This document shows, one piece after another, positions 60,384-64,000 of a stretch of DNA of 64,000 bases (positions within the stretch are counted from its first letter, which is position 1; every line of letters begins with the position of its first letter). Origin of the DNA: Isurus oxyrinchus (taxonomy: Eukaryota); contig JANJGN010000210.1 of NCBI GenBank assembly GCA_026770705.1, forward strand, positions 682,001-746,000, written 5' to 3'. A program made the translations under genes and the position numbers. The notes beneath the pieces were generated by a model, which was given only the letters and a program-made list of their open reading frames with translations, was not told the origin of the DNA and ran no database searches.

Positions 60384-61409
60384 CTGGCAATTAAACAGAG
60401 AGAGTTTAATGGACCATCAAAGCCAAAACCCAGAACGGGGCTAAAACCCCACACAGTGTCTGCAATTGGGATGGATTCGGGCAGCTTTATATAAGATTTA
60501 CACAATGTCAGTTTGTTTGATCGGTATTCAGGGGGTAAACAGGGGCTGCTCTTGGAGACTGGGGCTCAGAGCTGGACTGAAATACTTTAGAGCGTAGAGT
60601 TCCTTTGCAGAGGGCTGTGTCCCGCGGAGCATTGACAGGCCACATGGTTCCCATCTCTCTGGTAGTGTGTTGTGTGAATAAGTGACAGAGTTAAAAACGG
60701 AACCTGCAGTTTCATGTTGCTTCCTTGGGCCTGTGAGCCTGATGTGAAGTCCCCTCTCCCATTTGTCTGATATTCAGTGCCCTGCGTAATGGGGCAAGGG
60801 AGGTGGAGCTGTTTCTTAGTGAAGTCTGCCACCTTCATTCTCCCACAGTAATGAGCCTGCAGGTCGGTCCATATGTGTTTGGCAAATGGTATTTTATGAG
60901 AGTGGGATGTGAGATAATCCCTCCTTCCCCAATATTATTCTAACTGTCATGAAAAAACAGAAAATGCTGGAAAGAGCTCGGCAGATCTGGCAGCATCTGT
61001 GAAGAGTGAAACAGAATTAACGTTTCGAGTTTGTATGACTCTTCTTCAGAGTTACCTGTGCTGGAAATTATGAAACATCTCCCTGAACTGGCTGGTGGGC
61101 CTTCAGTTGAAAGTCCGTGCCAAGGGAAGGAGCCTTACACCTGCCTTAGTCCAGCATCTGAGTATCAGATTACAATGTGAGACAGTCCAGTGACTTTGCC
61201 AATATTCAGGCGGAAGAACAGAAACACCACAAAGAATAAACTCTCCACTTCATTGAAACAAATGCTTGCTGCACACCTTCCCCTGTGACTTGCACTTAAA
61301 ATGATGTTTCCAGAAAGCAGTGTTTCTTTCCAGGTCTGGACTATTCAGAGTTTCAGTTGTAGTGTTAGAACATGAAGTCACACTCAGAGGGACAGTTGAA
61401 ATGGGGGTG

Positions 61410-61650
61410 GGCACCGTGTTTGGAACTTATTTAAAATATCACACTCACTACCTTGGTGAGATCTGTTAGCTGTGTTTGAACTGTCCTGAATCTAACAACA
61501 CGTTCTGTTGAAGTGAACCTTGTGAATCAGCCGCGGTCAAATGCTCCTGGAAACTGACGGGGACAAGGACATGGAGCTGCTCAGTAATCCAGGCAGGCAT
61601 GCAAAGGACATATACATCATCTGATTCATTGAAAACTAAAATAAAAACCT
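61410..61650 (-). pseudogene. Possible highly decayed V remnant
   Basis: NESDDVYVLC..SM(S)..RQFPGA..LLDSGQF, with CACGGTG at 61418-61412. Too short for a full V. Confidence 0.3.
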
Positions 61651-62029
61651 GACAAGGCCTTTTTGCTCCATCCACAAGTTTTGCACGTTAAATTTTGCCC
61701 AATTCCCCTCTGAATTTGAATGCTACTGGCGCGAAACAGTGCAGAACAGCGCATGACATAATCATGTTTTGCCTCAGAGCTACCACAAATACAACTTGTA
61801 TTTTAAAGCACATTTATTACAATGAAAGGTCCCTTCAGCAGGTAATGACAGTGATCTTCATGAAGCATGAATCCTGAGAGGCCGATGTGGCCAATCACCT
61901 GAGTCATCGTCTGCAATGTGGGACACGGATACATTTTGGCATCATAATTACCAACACTCAGATTGTAGCAGTCTAACTTTAAGAGGCCATGATTCTTTAA
62001 AAGGAGAAATATTATCTGAATGTATTTCA

Positions 62030-63760
62030 ATCAGCATTTGTTTGGAAAAAAAACATAATTTCTTCTTTCAATAGGTTTAATTTTTCTCCAATTCCATTTA
62101 TTTTGATATATTTACATTTAGTTTCATTTTATTTCTCCATTTCCTTTGTGCAGTTTGTGCTTCTTGCATGGAAACAGAGCTATCGTGGGAACTTGCCCCA
62201 AAGTCTCTCAGTTGTCTGTTGGGTTCAGTCTGTTCCGTTTCCGCAGTGGTTTTACTGTTATTCACTGGCAACTGCATCTTCCCCCTCTCTGACAATTTCA
62301 AATTTGTTCCGTCCATTTACTGATTGACTGGTTGAAGTTTTATCAAAGTTTTACTTTACACAGTATCTGCCAGAAGAGGAATATTCCATTCTGTACAAAT
62401 GATTTATGCTTGTGTATTTACTGCAGACCAGCCTCCATCCGCCCGAAATCTAATTGACCATTTCCAGTCAGCTCCCTGAGTCAGTCTGTTCCGTTCTCCC
62501 TCCTTTATTTTCAAGTCTTCCCATAAATGTATCAAACCTCACTGCCCCAACCACTCCCTACGGCAGCAAGTTCCACATTCTGACCTGCCTGTTTTTACAC
62601 TTCTTCTTCTTAATGTCATTATTTGTTCTGTTAGTGACTGTCTTATTCTAATGGCTCTAGGCTCACCCCCAAATAAGCAGCTTTTCCACAAGTACCCCAA
62701 TGAACCCGTTCATAATTTAAACGATTTCCATGAATTCTCCTTTTCTTTCCCTGCTCTCCAGAGACAAGAGGCCCGGCCTGTTCAACCTCTCCACAGAGAT
62801 GCAGATTATTCCTGATTTATTTTCTCAGGAGTGTAACAGATCAAAGCAGTTAATGTAACAGATAGAAGCAGGAGCGGCCATATTACCTTTCAAACCTTTT
62901 CTGCCATTCAATAATATCCTAACTCATCTCCTCGCTCAACATCACTTTGCCGCAATGTCCCCATATCCCTTGATTCTCTTAGCATCCTGAAATCCATTGT
63001 ACACTTCCTTTAATACACCCAACCACTGAGCATCCACAGCTCTCTGAGGAAGAGAATGTCAGAGATTCACAACAATGGCTTCACTGAAGAAATTTCTCTT
63101 CTTCTCATTCCTCATGGTCGAGTCCTTATTCTGAAACTGTGACCCCTAGTTATAAGCTCATCAGCCTGGGGAGACACCCACTGGCAATCTATCATGTCCT
63201 GAATATTAGGTGTTCTAATGAAATTACATCTCATTCATCTAAGCTCTCGGGAACATAGGCCCAGACGATTCAATCTCTTCTTTACGACAATCCCTTTATC
63301 TCAGGGATCAGCCTGATGAACGTTTGCTGCACGCCTTCCAAGGCATGTAGATCCTTCCTTAAGTAAGGAGACCAAAACTTTACACAGCATTTCAGACTGG
63401 AGCCCATTTCAGTCCTTCCTTCCATAGACCTCACCAACCCCCCTGTGCTCAGATTGTACTTTGAATGGGCCAGAGATCCTCCAATCCTCTCCTTTTCGAT
63501 GAATTATTTATTGCTGCTTCTAAATGAACATTCCCCCCATTTACAACTTACAATTGTTTCCTTATGTTCCCTGTTCTCCTTTATAAGATTAATGCATCAT
63601 CCTCACTTTCTCACTGCACTGTGTTGTTCCACACACAGTAATCAGGGATACAGATAAATTACAGCAATCACATCTCTCAAACATCTACATTCAATATAGA
63701 GAAGTATCTGCAGTTCCAAACCTTCATATTTCAGTCTGAGGGCGGAAAAGTAGGAAATTG
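62030..63760 (-). repeat. Paralogous copy of the NAR-TCR J-to-supporting-V intron
   Basis: 62080-63100 resembles 56900-57850, and 63360-63750 resembles 240-620. This implies another NAR-TCR J just beyond the window end. Confidence 0.8.
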
Positions 63761-64000
63761 TTTGGTTATATGAAAGAAATGGCGGGGACAATGTCGTTAA
63801 TTTCAGTCACTGATTGTCCAATAATAAAATTCTATCTGGGCCCACATCAGGATCTCTTATATCTGAAGCCCGTTTTGTCACTCTCCCGTTTTTCTCCCGG
63901 GTGAGGTATTGAACTGGCCGCAGTTGTTTGAGTTTATTCACCAGGTGCCTCATTCACATTGCGCGGCTCGGACTGCAATCTGCTGACCAGGAGAGAGCTC

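Noticed and set aside
60039-60545. Processed (retroposed) NAR-TCR transcript as the origin of the joined exon
   Set aside because: The leader intron, upstream genomic homology and the J donor with its intron are all retained.

Overview
Vertebrate DNA, almost certainly from a cartilaginous fish (shark), judged by NAR-type V domains, CR1 LINEs and GPR139-like expansions. It reads as part of the T-cell receptor alpha/delta V region. Minus strand: a decayed but still split NAR-TCR cassette (leader-V-RSS, D, J; 849-4657) and a second NAR-TCR cassette whose V, D and J are already fused in frame with no RSS (60039-60383). That fused exon sits 3.8 kb upstream of an intact, leaderless supporting V-delta with a CDR1 cysteine (55887-56192), which is followed by a tandem array of 3-4 RSSs. 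Plus strand: an intact IgH-type leader-VH-D-JH cassette (31293-32629), followed only by decayed C1-like exon remnants and a V-RSS stub. Also present are several decayed TCR V pseudogenes, two convergent GPR139/142-like GPCR pseudogenes, CRE and CTCF motif clusters, and many CR1, Tx1-like, RTE, Penelope, SINE and LTR remnants. The most notable observation is the apparently germline-joined NAR-TCR VDJ. All assignments come from reading and translating by eye; no database searches were run.
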